Below are positions 39,903 through 49,400 of a stretch of 64,000 nucleotides of DNA, one piece after another. Both the position numbers and the translations under genes were made by a program. A model generated the notes under the pieces. That model worked only from the letters and a program-made list of their open reading frames with translations. It made no database searches and was not told the DNA's origin. The DNA lies in NCBI GenBank assembly GCA_965218095.1, contig OZ244587.1:5152001-5216000 (forward strand), read 5' to 3'. The first letter of the stretch is position 1. Each line of letters opens with the position of its first letter. This DNA is from Candidatus Poribacteria bacterium (GTDB taxonomy: Bacteria > Poribacteria > WGA-4E > PCPOR2b).

Positions 39903-40316
39903 TTACTTTTCCTTTCCCTTGAACCCGACTGCCGCATTCATCATTTCCAACAACGTTTCGACCTCCTCTGAAGTCCACACCCCATCCTCATTCGCCTTCG
40001 AGGCGTAATCTGCTGCAATTTTGACTTTCTTCAGGCGAACCTTTCCGCGTAGATAACTCAACGGCATCCCCTTCATTGCCTGTTTGACATGATCAAATGT
40101 CGTCCTGATTTCTGAGGCATCTACGCCATCGGGAGCTTGCTGTACCAATTGGCTTTCCATGAGATTCGCAGCAGAACTGAATAACTCTGTAATCACATAC
40201 AACTGCGAAAAAAAGAGAATCAGCATCAGGAGGAGGGCAACTGCGAGCAATTTGGCGATGAGCGGCATTCGCTTGCGCAATTCTCGTCGAAGAAAACCTG
40301 TCGAATTTTCTGCCAT
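39903..40316 (-). CDS. Hypothetical membrane-anchored protein
   Basis: RBS AGGA, single hydrophobic helix, 3 bp from the methyltransferase start. Confidence 0.65.
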   Translation of the reverse strand: MAENSTGFLRRELRKRMPLIAKLLAVALLLMLILFFSQLYVITELFSSAANLMESQLVQQAPDGVDASEIRTTFDHVKQAMKGMPLSYLRGKVRLKKVKIAADYASKANEDGVWTSEEVETLLEMMNAAVGFKGKEK

Positions 40317-40579
40317 GTTTTTCCTTTCTATTCTACCGTCGATAATCCCATGTCCGAAAAATCAGCCTATGATAGCATCGGCGGCATAGCTTGTCAACCG
40401 AAAATTTCTGTTGTATTTTTTTGAACTGTGCTACAATATTCTTAGCAGACGATTAAGAATTTGGTAAATGCTGTCCGCGCTTGGGATGAATCTGTGTTGC
40501 AAGTGGCCTTCAAACAACACCATGTTATGTAGAGTAATTTTTTCACGTTTTCGTAAAAAAATGAATTTTGTACCTATTA

Positions 40580-41555
40580 ACCTTTGGTGCTAGTTAGAGA
40601 CTAAATTGAGCAATAGATAAAGGCATAAACCCATCTGCGTCAGCCTCAAAGCCATTCCACTGCACCAAGAGATTAAACAACGCCATCGTGAAAGCGAGGC
40701 GTGTTTTGAAATAGGCCCAACAACGATGCATCACTTTCTTAAAGTGGCACACCACCGTCAACATCGACAAAACAGTTTCTACCAGCATCCGACAATTCCA
40801 TTCCCCTCGTCGGCACAGACGCAAGTTGGAAGGAAACCAAACGACCTTGGCAAACCCTTCATCGGCAAAAACAACCATCTGGTCACAGACCCCATCAACA
40901 AGATGTTGGAAGCGACTACCGTCGTGCACATTGGCAGTATCACAATCCCAGTCGACAATTAGTCCAAGATGATTGAGCAGCAGACAAAGCTTCCCCCCCA
41001 CAATCCAGCGTTGGTTGGATATCCCTTTCCGGCCCATTTGCTGCTCAGAACGACATTCTCGGCGGGGGTGAATCAGTTCGATACCATAAGTGTCAATCAC
41101 GCCGATGAGTGAAGGATTTGCCATGAAAATATCAGTCAGATGTTGATGATTGTTGAACAAGCGAAACAAGCAGGTTCGCTCGGGTAAATTGGGGAACCAG
41201 GGTTTATAATTGTTTTCTATCCAGCGGTAGAAGGCTCGGTTGCCAACGCCTTTGAGTGCAAAAAGTAAGGCGAGGGTTACCACTTCAGAGGGATAGAGAT
41301 TGGCTTGGGTATGCTTTTGGTTTTTCTGGTGTTGTGTGAGTTTATCATCTACACAACAGAACAATTGTGTGATAAAATCTATAAGGGGCATGAGTCTGGA
41401 TTTCCTCCCGTTAATCAAGAATTGTCTAACACTTAGATTAACGGTAGAATCGAGGAAATCGTCTCATGACCTCAATCCAGCGAGGACCAAAGCGAAGCCA
41501 GGGTGTTCTGTTATGCCCATTGACTTCCACCAAATTCCAAACTAGCACCATTGGT
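40580..41555 (-). mobile_element. IS982-like insertion sequence
   Basis: TIR ACCTTTGGTGCTAGTT / AACTAGCACCATTGGT (14/16), TATTA on both flanks. Confidence 0.88.
40594..41391 (-). CDS. IS982-like DDE transposase
   Basis: FCCVDD, SEVVTL, FPNLPERT, IDT, ANVHD, ADEGF, RMLVETV. Confidence 0.85.
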   Translation of the reverse strand: MPLIDFITQLFCCVDDKLTQHQKNQKHTQANLYPSEVVTLALLFALKGVGNRAFYRWIENNYKPWFPNLPERTCLFRLFNNHQHLTDIFMANPSLIGVIDTYGIELIHPRRECRSEQQMGRKGISNQRWIVGGKLCLLLNHLGLIVDWDCDTANVHDGSRFQHLVDGVCDQMVVFADEGFAKVVWFPSNLRLCRRGEWNCRMLVETVLSMLTVVCHFKKVMHRCWAYFKTRLAFTMALFNLLVQWNGFEADADGFMPLSIAQFSL

Positions 41556-41639
41556 TATTATGGGGACAGACACCACAACAAAGATGTGCTATAGATGCGT
41601 TAGTCCAACAAGGGATAACCGCCAATACGCCGGACGTCC

Positions 41640-41912
41640 GTGATGGTGACAGGTCGCTTTGGAGAGGCGCCAACGCTGCAGATGGAACAACCGGGTCTGC
41701 CGTTTCTACGTTTCCTCGAAGACCTGCATGTTTTTTACCCAGGAGTAGAGCTTGTTGTCGATGCTGAACTGTCTACTGGCACGGATGCGTATCTGGAAGA
41801 TCACGTGTTTCAAGGGGAGTGGCTTTTCCCTGCGGTTATGGGATTTGAAGCGATGGCGCTGGCGGGGACTTTCAAACCCCACATGAATCGTCCCCCGCTA
41901 GACTTCACCTAA
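41640..41912 (+). pseudogene. Fragment of an iterative type I PKS (KR/DH junction, PksE-like)
   Basis: GRFG..PTL...LPFLRFLE...YPGVELVVDAELS..TD.YLEDHVFQG..LFPAVMG.EAMA (HxxxGxxxxP DH motif). Confidence 0.65.
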
Positions 41913-42442
41913 CTGATCGGTTCCAAACCATACTCCCAATCACAATCGAGGCAGAAACTCACCCCCGGCGCAAGGCTCTGGATCTTGCCTCCGCAATCTG
42001 GGCAGGTCATAACTTCCGGGCTGATGGATGTTGAAGATAGAGGTTCATGTCGATTCTGATTGCTGATTAGAAGATGCGCGCATTCGTAGATATGTCCGTT
42101 ACATTCGGGGCAGCAATAGAAAAAGTTGGAATGCAACTCTGTGATGTCTGGCGGAATGATGTAGTCCAACTCATAGATAGCTGCGTTATGACGTACGAGG
42201 CGTGCTTTCCCTGAACCAGCAATCGCAATCGCATCCCATTCGTTGAGGTTGGTCTCAAGCTGTACGGCGAGTTCGTCAATCCGATAAGCAGCAGCAGCCC
42301 ATGGCACCTCCGTGATGCCAAAGATGATACTTGTCCGCTGCGGGGCAAGTCGCTCAAACACTCGCCCACCAGCGAGTATCTTCACGGGGAGAAAGCCATC
42401 CTGAAAAGTGAACTGATGATCAGCCGGATTTAGGATATTCAT
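41909..42442 (-). CDS. Hypothetical Zn-finger protein
   Basis: CPEC...CAH and CPDC...CLDC motifs; RBS AGGG. Confidence 0.6.
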   Translation of the reverse strand: MNILNPADHQFTFQDGFLPVKILAGGRVFERLAPQRTSIIFGITEVPWAAAAYRIDELAVQLETNLNEWDAIAIAGSGKARLVRHNAAIYELDYIIPPDITELHSNFFYCCPECNGHIYECAHLLISNQNRHEPLSSTSISPEVMTCPDCGGKIQSLAPGVSFCLDCDWEYGLEPIS

Positions 42443-42457
42443 ATTTCCCTATTTGTC

Positions 42458-42515
42458 TGGTGCGTGGTGCGTAAAGCGTGAAATGAATCCGTTCCTTCCT
42501 TCCTCTGCTTACCCA
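42458..42515 (-). repeat. Purine tract + heptamer repeat before RBS
   Basis: Sense strand: GAGGAAGGAAGGAACG GATTCA TTTCACG CTTTACG CACCACG CACCAGA. Confidence 0.75.
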
Positions 42516-43044
42516 TCACTTGTCGGCAATCGTTGCGAGCGTCAAATCACCATCGATTCTTCCCCTTAAAGTGGGCGTCTGACTTGTTCCAACAGCTATC
42601 TGTGCGGTCTCATCAACCGTTTTTACGAGATACAGATGCAATTCGAGCAGCGTCACTACTCCATCCGCATTCAGGTCAGCTTCACCATCAAGCCCGCGTA
42701 GCAGGTGATTATGTGAAGATACCGTTTCCGCCCACCTTGAGCATTTCGCTGATGGATTCCCTGACGATGGCCACATCGCCGCTGCTGCTTTGAATAGCTT
42801 TGGCAATATCAGCGTCACTCAATCTTTGTGGTTGTGCCGGCAGGTTGGCTGAGATTACGGGAATATTCAGCTTCGCCAGCTTTTCCCCCAATAACGCGGC
42901 AAACGGACGACTCAGGTTCGGTACGCCTTTATGCTGTTCATCTACCGCAATCACAAGGCGAGGTTTCTGCTTAAACCGGCTGAGGTGGCCCGCATCGATC
43001 AGCATTCTAAGGAGAAGTTCTGATAGCATCTGCAATTCCAACAA
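42516..43044 (-). pseudogene. Caspase-like (peptidase C14) C-terminal remnant
   Basis: GNGIFT/(frameshift)HLLRGLDGEADLNADGVVTLLEL..Y...QTP. Confidence 0.6.
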
Positions 43045-43145
43045 TTATGGCAGTTTGATGCAAGAAAGTCGAGGATGAGTTTCCTGTAAACAGCGAACAA
43101 TTTATCTTAATTTTCCGGTATTGTCAGGGGATAATTGATAGACGC

Positions 43146-43179
43146 AAAAAAGTCCATCAATTAATATCGAGATGGACTT
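43146..43179 (-). terminator. Rho-independent terminator after rimK
   Basis: AAGTCCATC/GATGGACTT stem, T6 on the minus strand. Confidence 0.7.
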
Positions 43180-43196
43180 CGTCTAAATGAAAGAAA

Positions 43197-43240
43197 TCGA
43201 CAATTGACAACGAAGAATCGTCAATCATCAATTATCAATT
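43197..43240. repeat. Second heptamer family containing the rimK stop
   Basis: CAATTGA CAACGAA GAATCGT CAATCAT CAATTAT CAATT. Confidence 0.6.
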
Positions 43241-44119
43241 TTTTCGGCAATATTCAACGGCAAATGCAATGATTGCTTCTGCGACCTTGATGCTGGTAAC
43301 CGCTTCGATCTCTTTAAACCCGGGTGAGGGGTTGACCTCTAACACCATCGGACCGGCTGCGGTTTGCAGCAGGTCTACTCCCGCGATCTGTAGCCCCATC
43401 ACCTCCGCCGCCCGGATCGCAACGTTGATATACTCGCCGTGGAGATCAAAGGGATGGCCCTTGCCGCCCCGATGGATGTTCGCTCTGAATTCGCCTTCCT
43501 GCGCCGTTCTTCTCATGGCCGCAACTGCCCTCCCGCCAACGACAATCACGCGCATGTCATTCCCCGCCGATTCTTTGATGAAGGGCTGGACGACGTAATC
43601 TTGGTGGAGATCGACACACATCGCGCCAATTGCTGAACTGAGAGATGTTGGGGTGTCAAGCAGCAGAATCGCTTTGCCGTGAGTTCCCTCGAAGGGTTTC
43701 ATGATGAAGGGGTATTCGCCAGTCTGGCGCACAGATCTGTCCAGAAAACGAAGCGACGCCGCAGTAAAACTCGGCGGGACCGGCACGCCATGCTGAGCCA
43801 GAATGCGAAGGCTGCGAAATTTATTCCGGGCGTTTGCAATTGCACATGACCGATTAATCACAGGAATACCGACCCATTCAAAGTGGGCAACAACTTCCTC
43901 GCCGTATTTTGCCGTTGCCCCACTTAAACGTGGGAGAACCACATCGAAATCTTCGGCGGAATCTTCATCGTAGTAAATACGCCTTCCCGGACTTCCTATA
44001 TGCAGATAAAATCCGAACGGATCGAGTACTTTTGGGGTGTGACCGGCTGCGAAGGCAGCGTCAACCAACCGCCGAGTTGCATAATTTTGAGCACCGAGAG
44101 AAAGGAGAGCAATTCTCAT
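43235..44119 (-). CDS. rimK: RimK family alpha-L-glutamate ligase (ATP-grasp)
   Basis: ARNKF, VQPFI...DMRVIVVG, EFRANIHRGG, GVDLL, EVNPSPG. Confidence 0.85.
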   Translation of the reverse strand: MRIALLSLGAQNYATRRLVDAAFAAGHTPKVLDPFGFYLHIGSPGRRIYYDEDSAEDFDVVLPRLSGATAKYGEEVVAHFEWVGIPVINRSCAIANARNKFRSLRILAQHGVPVPPSFTAASLRFLDRSVRQTGEYPFIMKPFEGTHGKAILLLDTPTSLSSAIGAMCVDLHQDYVVQPFIKESAGNDMRVIVVGGRAVAAMRRTAQEGEFRANIHRGGKGHPFDLHGEYINVAIRAAEVMGLQIAGVDLLQTAAGPMVLEVNPSPGFKEIEAVTSIKVAEAIIAFAVEYCRKN

Positions 44120-44125
44120 GTTTGT

Positions 44126-44197
44126 ATTGCGTAAAACGTAAAACGTGAAGGCGTCGTTAGGTATCCCTTCATGCCTAATACCTAATACCTAATACCT
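44126..44197 (-). repeat. Two heptamer arrays at the gene junction
   Basis: Sense strand: (AGGTATT)x3 containing the upstream stop, then CTTCACG TTTTACG TTTTACG CAATAC before the rimK ATG. Confidence 0.8.
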
Positions 44198-45222
44198 GCT
44201 CGCTGAGTCTCCAAAAAGGTTTCAAGCTCCTCAATTGTGTCGAAGATTTGCTCACACAAATTCTCGAAGAATGGGCTACGCGCATGGGAATACACGGCGT
44301 AAACGGGTTTGTTATAGCGCGATGCAAAGTTCATCTCGCTCAAGACGCCAGGGGAGAGTTTATCGGTTGGATAGATGACAACGACAAAATCGCACTGGTG
44401 AATAAATTGGTAATCTCTGGAAATGGTGCGGGTCTTAATCTGTTTACTGAGATTCCGATCAATGCCACTAATTGTTGTAATTTCGCCACTGCCCGCTTCT
44501 TCCTGGGGGGATTCCGTGGCATGGACTAGCTCCATATCCTTGATGTAGAGCGGATCAAATATGATAAAGTCTTTCTGCATCTTTGATCCAAAAGCGCGGA
44601 TGCTCCCAATCTGATCCGGCGTCTCATAGCGGATAAGCGTGATCGGATAGCTCAGATAGAACTTCTTCTTTGTTGAAAAAAGCAGATCGTGGAAATTTCC
44701 CAGGTCGTGCTGTCGAGCGACGGTGTAGTGAGGCTTCCCTTTGAGGTTAGCAAGTTGTTTAGTTAGAAATTCCTCCTCATCAAGCCAGACATTGATTTCG
44801 TCACGTCGCATACCTGCCCATTGCGGATTATTCCGCATGCGTTGAACGATGTCCGCTAGGTTGTCTACGACGTTGATGAATACGTCACCCGGGACGCTCT
44901 CAATGTCTCGAAACGAAATTCCTTCGGCGAGTCCCCCTCGCCAACGGAAGCAAGCGTGTAGTCCGATGAAGGCGTGATCATACTCATGCGCAAGATTGGT
45001 GATCTCATAGAACGCGGATCTGCGTGCCAGCGAGAGGACGGCGTGATCGGAGTCGAGCACCTTTTCTGTGAATCGCACCCCGGAGCTGGCGGCAGCTCGC
45101 TCCATAAAATCTCCGACGTTGAAAAACCCAATCCGGATCCCTTTATCACGGCAGAGGGATTCAAAATCTTTCATCAGTTCTTTTCGACCTGAACAACTAA
45201 TTCCTGTGCAGATGATGTTCAT
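44182..45222 (-). CDS. Fusion of an archaeal adenylate-kinase-like P-loop domain and a nucleoside 2-deoxyribosyltransferase-like domain
   Basis: N-terminal TGISCSGRK, NVGD.M, LHA.FRW; C-terminal YLSYP, FDP, RDYQFI..CD, SPGVLSEM.FA...KPVY. Confidence 0.65.
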   Translation of the reverse strand: MNIICTGISCSGRKELMKDFESLCRDKGIRIGFFNVGDFMERAAASSGVRFTEKVLDSDHAVLSLARRSAFYEITNLAHEYDHAFIGLHACFRWRGGLAEGISFRDIESVPGDVFINVVDNLADIVQRMRNNPQWAGMRRDEINVWLDEEEFLTKQLANLKGKPHYTVARQHDLGNFHDLLFSTKKKFYLSYPITLIRYETPDQIGSIRAFGSKMQKDFIIFDPLYIKDMELVHATESPQEEAGSGEITTISGIDRNLSKQIKTRTISRDYQFIHQCDFVVVIYPTDKLSPGVLSEMNFASRYNKPVYAVYSHARSPFFENLCEQIFDTIEELETFLETQRAGIRY

Positions 45223-45272
45223 GGGAGTGCCTCGCGGTTAAATGATGGATTGTTCCTTGCAGCACTAGAATC

Positions 45273-45467
45273 GGTAGCTCTGCACTTAAGTGTGGAGTTG
45301 TGGCATCCGCCTTCATTGCGGGCATTCGATTCAGACCACTGTCGGACACGAACTTGGTGAGACCTTGTCATCACAGCATTTGTGTGTCCGACACTTATCC
45401 GACAAAGGTGAATTGATCCCCGCTTTTGGGTCGGATGACGGCCACCACACTTTAATGTGGTGCTACC
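45273..45467. mobile_element. 195-bp MITE with 8-bp TSD
   Basis: TIR GGTAGC...AAGTGTGG at both ends; CTAGAATC duplicated at 45265-45272 and 45468-45475. Confidence 0.85.
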
Positions 45468-46439
45468 CTAGAATCGCAAGAGGAGCGAAATTCGATGTGC
45501 ATTACCGACATCTTCGTCTGGAATGAAGGCATAATCAAATTGAAAACTGATGTTTTCAAGGGATGCTTCTCCTCTGCGACGGATGCCAACGCCGGCAGTC
45601 AAACCATTTCTCGGATTCTCCCCTTTGCTGATGCCATACCCAACACGAACGGCGAGAACATCGTAGAACCAATTCTCCGCGCCGATGTGGAAGGTTGGGA
45701 AGCCAGCGACGATTGGGTAGTTTACATCCGCGACTAGTGCGAAAAGGTCTCGCGGAGGCGTCGGATCGTCAATGCTCGGCTTTGTGCGGACCTGGTAAGC
45801 AACGCCGCCGCGCACGTTCATCGGCAAATCTTCTTCCGTATCTAGAAAACCCAGGTGTTGCGCCGCAATTCCCACACCGAGCCGATTATCGAAGATTCGT
45901 AAAAGCACACCGATATCGGCAGCGGCGCCGACCGAGTCCTCGATGTCGAGTTGCTGAGAGATTGCTTTTGCGGTTCCCCCAATCGAAAGCTCCGGAGACA
46001 AGATATAAGCGACGGACAATCCTGCGGCGAAGCCTCCGACGGTCACAGTGCTGTCGGGGTCCTCCGTGGGACTACGACGGCGTTCAATCTCTGTAAACGC
46101 ACCGAGAAAACTTGCCCCCCAGGCAGCTTTTTCGCCCAAGTGTTGCGCATAACCAAGGAATTGGTTGCTAATATCGGCGATTGAGAAATTCTGGGTCGCA
46201 GTGAATTCGCGATCCCGCACCGCTGTCAGTCCGGCAGGATTCCAGTAGATTGTGTTGACATCGTTAGCAAGTCCCACGAACGCTCCACCCATCCCAACAG
46301 GACGGGTACCCGCCTCGATTTTGAGGAATGCAGCGCCTGTTGTGCCGGCGTCGTCGTGAATGTCTGCGGCAAAAGTAGGGAGAGCAATCATTGCAAAAAT
46401 TATGGTAAACAAGCGCATCGAACTCTGTTTCTCAGGCAT
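45468..46439 (-). CDS. PorV/PorQ family outer-membrane protein
   Basis: GAAFLKI.AG.RP.GMGGAF...D...IYWNPAGL, FQFDYAF, HRISL..RF. Confidence 0.88.
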   Translation of the reverse strand: MPEKQSSMRLFTIIFAMIALPTFAADIHDDAGTTGAAFLKIEAGTRPVGMGGAFVGLANDVNTIYWNPAGLTAVRDREFTATQNFSIADISNQFLGYAQHLGEKAAWGASFLGAFTEIERRRSPTEDPDSTVTVGGFAAGLSVAYILSPELSIGGTAKAISQQLDIEDSVGAAADIGVLLRIFDNRLGVGIAAQHLGFLDTEEDLPMNVRGGVAYQVRTKPSIDDPTPPRDLFALVADVNYPIVAGFPTFHIGAENWFYDVLAVRVGYGISKGENPRNGLTAGVGIRRRGEASLENISFQFDYAFIPDEDVGNAHRISLLLRF

Positions 46440-46463
46440 TTATTATTCCTTTCTGGATATCCA

Positions 46464-49400
46464 TTACTCAACGACGAGAATCTTCCCGACTGCGTTTGTG
46501 TGGTTGTTCGTTACAGTATCCTCTGCTTCTAAACGGAAGATATAGACCCCACGGGCAACATCGGTGCCGGACTGATTTTTCAGATCCCATGTCACTTCAT
46601 TATCGTTTCTGCCGGGGCTCACGTCGCGGAATTCCTTCTCGTACACCAAATCGCCAGCGAAATCGTAGATGCTCAAAGTGATTTTCGCGCCTTCGCCACC
46701 GGGGACGTTGACCTCGAAGGAGAAGCGAGCGATTTCGCCGTTTGAACGCCTTAAAAAGCTCAAAGGGTTGGGCCAAACGTACGTCGGTCCTTTGAAGATG
46801 AGCGAAACCGAGAAGTTTGCAGTCACCGCATCGTAAACGCCGACATTACCCGCGCGATCGGTAACGCGAATATCGAGATTGTATTCACCGGATTGGGCGG
46901 GCAGAAAATCAAGCGACCAGCGGCTCCACGGTTCTTCCTCCTCCTCACTGTTATCTTCTGCGACGACCGGATTGATTGGCTCGTCATCGGGGCCTGTCCC
47001 AACAATCTCGACCAGCGCGACTTCAGATGCAGGGATACCGCTTTCTGATGCTGACGGGTCATGGGCGGTTCCTTGTAATGGCGCCGATTCATCTTCGAGG
47101 ATTGTTTCCCCACCGAAATCCGTTAGCTCGGCGACCGGCTTCGTGGTTTCAAAGAGAAACTGCGTCGAGATTGAATCAGTCGGCTGAAAGCCAAGATTCG
47201 CGTCATCGAGCCCCACGCCGGTAATTGTCACCTGATAGAGCCCCTGCTCGCTGAGTGGTCCGGACTTGAACCTGATGCGATTGCTGCCATTCTGCGTTGT
47301 GGTGCCACTGATCACGTTTCCTTCGGAAGAACGCACGGTAATCGACGATTGCGCGAGATCAACCCCAAGGCCCCGACTGCCATCCGGATTGATGTCGGAA
47401 AGCGTTGCGTCGATGATGACGCCGCCTCCACCGTTGGTCGCCGAAGGATAATCCGGATCGTTTGAATCAACAAGCAAGGGTTGCTCATCAATGAACAACG
47501 AGCCGGTATCAATCGTCGGCGGACGTGTGTCGTAGGAGAACTCGTATGTCACTGTTTCAGTGACATTCCCGGCGCGATCCTTCGGGGCAATTGTTACCCG
47601 ATATGTACCATCTTGACTCCCATCGTTGGCGAGTGATATCGTCAGACGAAAGGTGAGGAGTTGCTGCTCGTCGCTGGACAGGGTCCCGCCAATCTGCCGA
47701 CGGGGCTCGCTCTTGCTCGATTCCGTGACCGGCGGCGCTTCGAGTGTGAGCCATGAGTCATCAAGGTTATCCCAATCGATCGCTGAACTCGGTTCATCGT
47801 CCGTGATTGTCACCTGAATCTCATTAAGCGCGTTATTGACGCCCGGTTCGGCGACAATCAACCGAATTGTTTCCACATCAACTTCGGGCGGGACGGTATC
47901 GTAGACAAAGGTAAACTGTTCTGGCGTCCCCCGCCGTCCGGCGCTATTGACGGGCGTCACCGAAACAGTGTAAATCCCATCGTCAGAACCGTCAGCAGCA
48001 AGTTCCCGTAAAAGCCGATAAATGAGCTTGTTCCCCTGACGCACCTGCTGTCCCGAAACCGTCGTTCCTTCAGGGGAGAGCAACGTAATCGTGGAACGAT
48101 TGGAACCACCATCGTCTGATTGAAGCTCAACTTCGACTTGACGGAGTGGTTCGTTCGTGAACGCTTCTTCTGCGGGAGTTGTTTTGGGAAGCGTTGAAAC
48201 GACAACGGGCATGCCCGATGAAAAGGTGAAGTTCGCTTCAAATGGTGCATTTGCCCCGTTACCAGCGCGGTCAACTGCCTGGACACGGATGGTGTAATTA
48301 CCATCTTCTGCGAGCCCGTTAATCTGCAACGTTAGTTTTCCGTGCCCATCGTTGTTTTGCTTTCCGCTGATTAGGTTCCCGCTTGGATCCAACAGCGTCA
48401 ACTGAGAGGCGACAAAATCGATACCACTATCTCCTCGGTCATTCAGATTCACCGTAATCAACGTAATGTCGTCGCTACGAAGAGCGCCATCAGCCGGATC
48501 TGTACTGACAAGCGTTGGGGCCTGGGTATCGTAAACGAGCTTATGCGAACGTGTATCTAGGTTACGCGCCTTATCGATGAGATCAAGAACGACGGTGTAC
48601 ACGCCATCATCGCTGCCATCGGTAGCAAGAGGCTGAGAAAGGGTGAGGAAAATCTGGGTATTCCCATCATCGGTCTGATCGGCCGCAACGACGTCCCCCT
48701 GTGCATTCCTCAGTTGAAGACCCTGGGATTCAATCTCCAAACCAGCGGGCCCGACATCGATCACTTGCGCAGTAATCTGCGTAAGCTGCTGACCAATGTA
48801 TGAAATTGGCTGGGTGAAATCGATCGGCGTCACGGCAGCCACTTCAGGCCCCTGTGTATCAAGCGTAAACTGATGCCGAGAAGGTGTCCCTGATCGGCCG
48901 ACGCTATCAACGGGCGTAACTGTCACGGTGTAGACACCGTCCGCCGAACCATCCGTCGCGAGTTGCAACGGCGTCCAAACAATCTGGTTTTCTCCACGGG
49001 AGGCCTGATCGCCGTCAACTTCACCATTGGGACCTATTACGGTAGTCGTCGAACCATCAGTAGTCAGATCCAAACCTGTCCCGCTGACATCCACGAGGGT
49101 CGCGACGATTTCGTCCAGTCGATTCACAAACGCAACCGGAGCAGACTGATCGTCAATTGTCACATCGGAAACACTTGAGCGTCCAAGTTCCAGATTGAAT
49201 TTGTACTCAATGGCGTATCCTGAGACGTTCCCTGCCAGATCCTGTGGCGTGATTTCGACAATGTAAGTCCCGCGCTGACGCAGCGAGGCAAAACTGACAG
49301 TGATGATATCAACTCCATCATCGCGGATGTTGATGCCGACCGGCGCATTCCCCGGAGCGAGTAATCGGATATCTGTTCCGACGAGATCGATGCCACTCAT

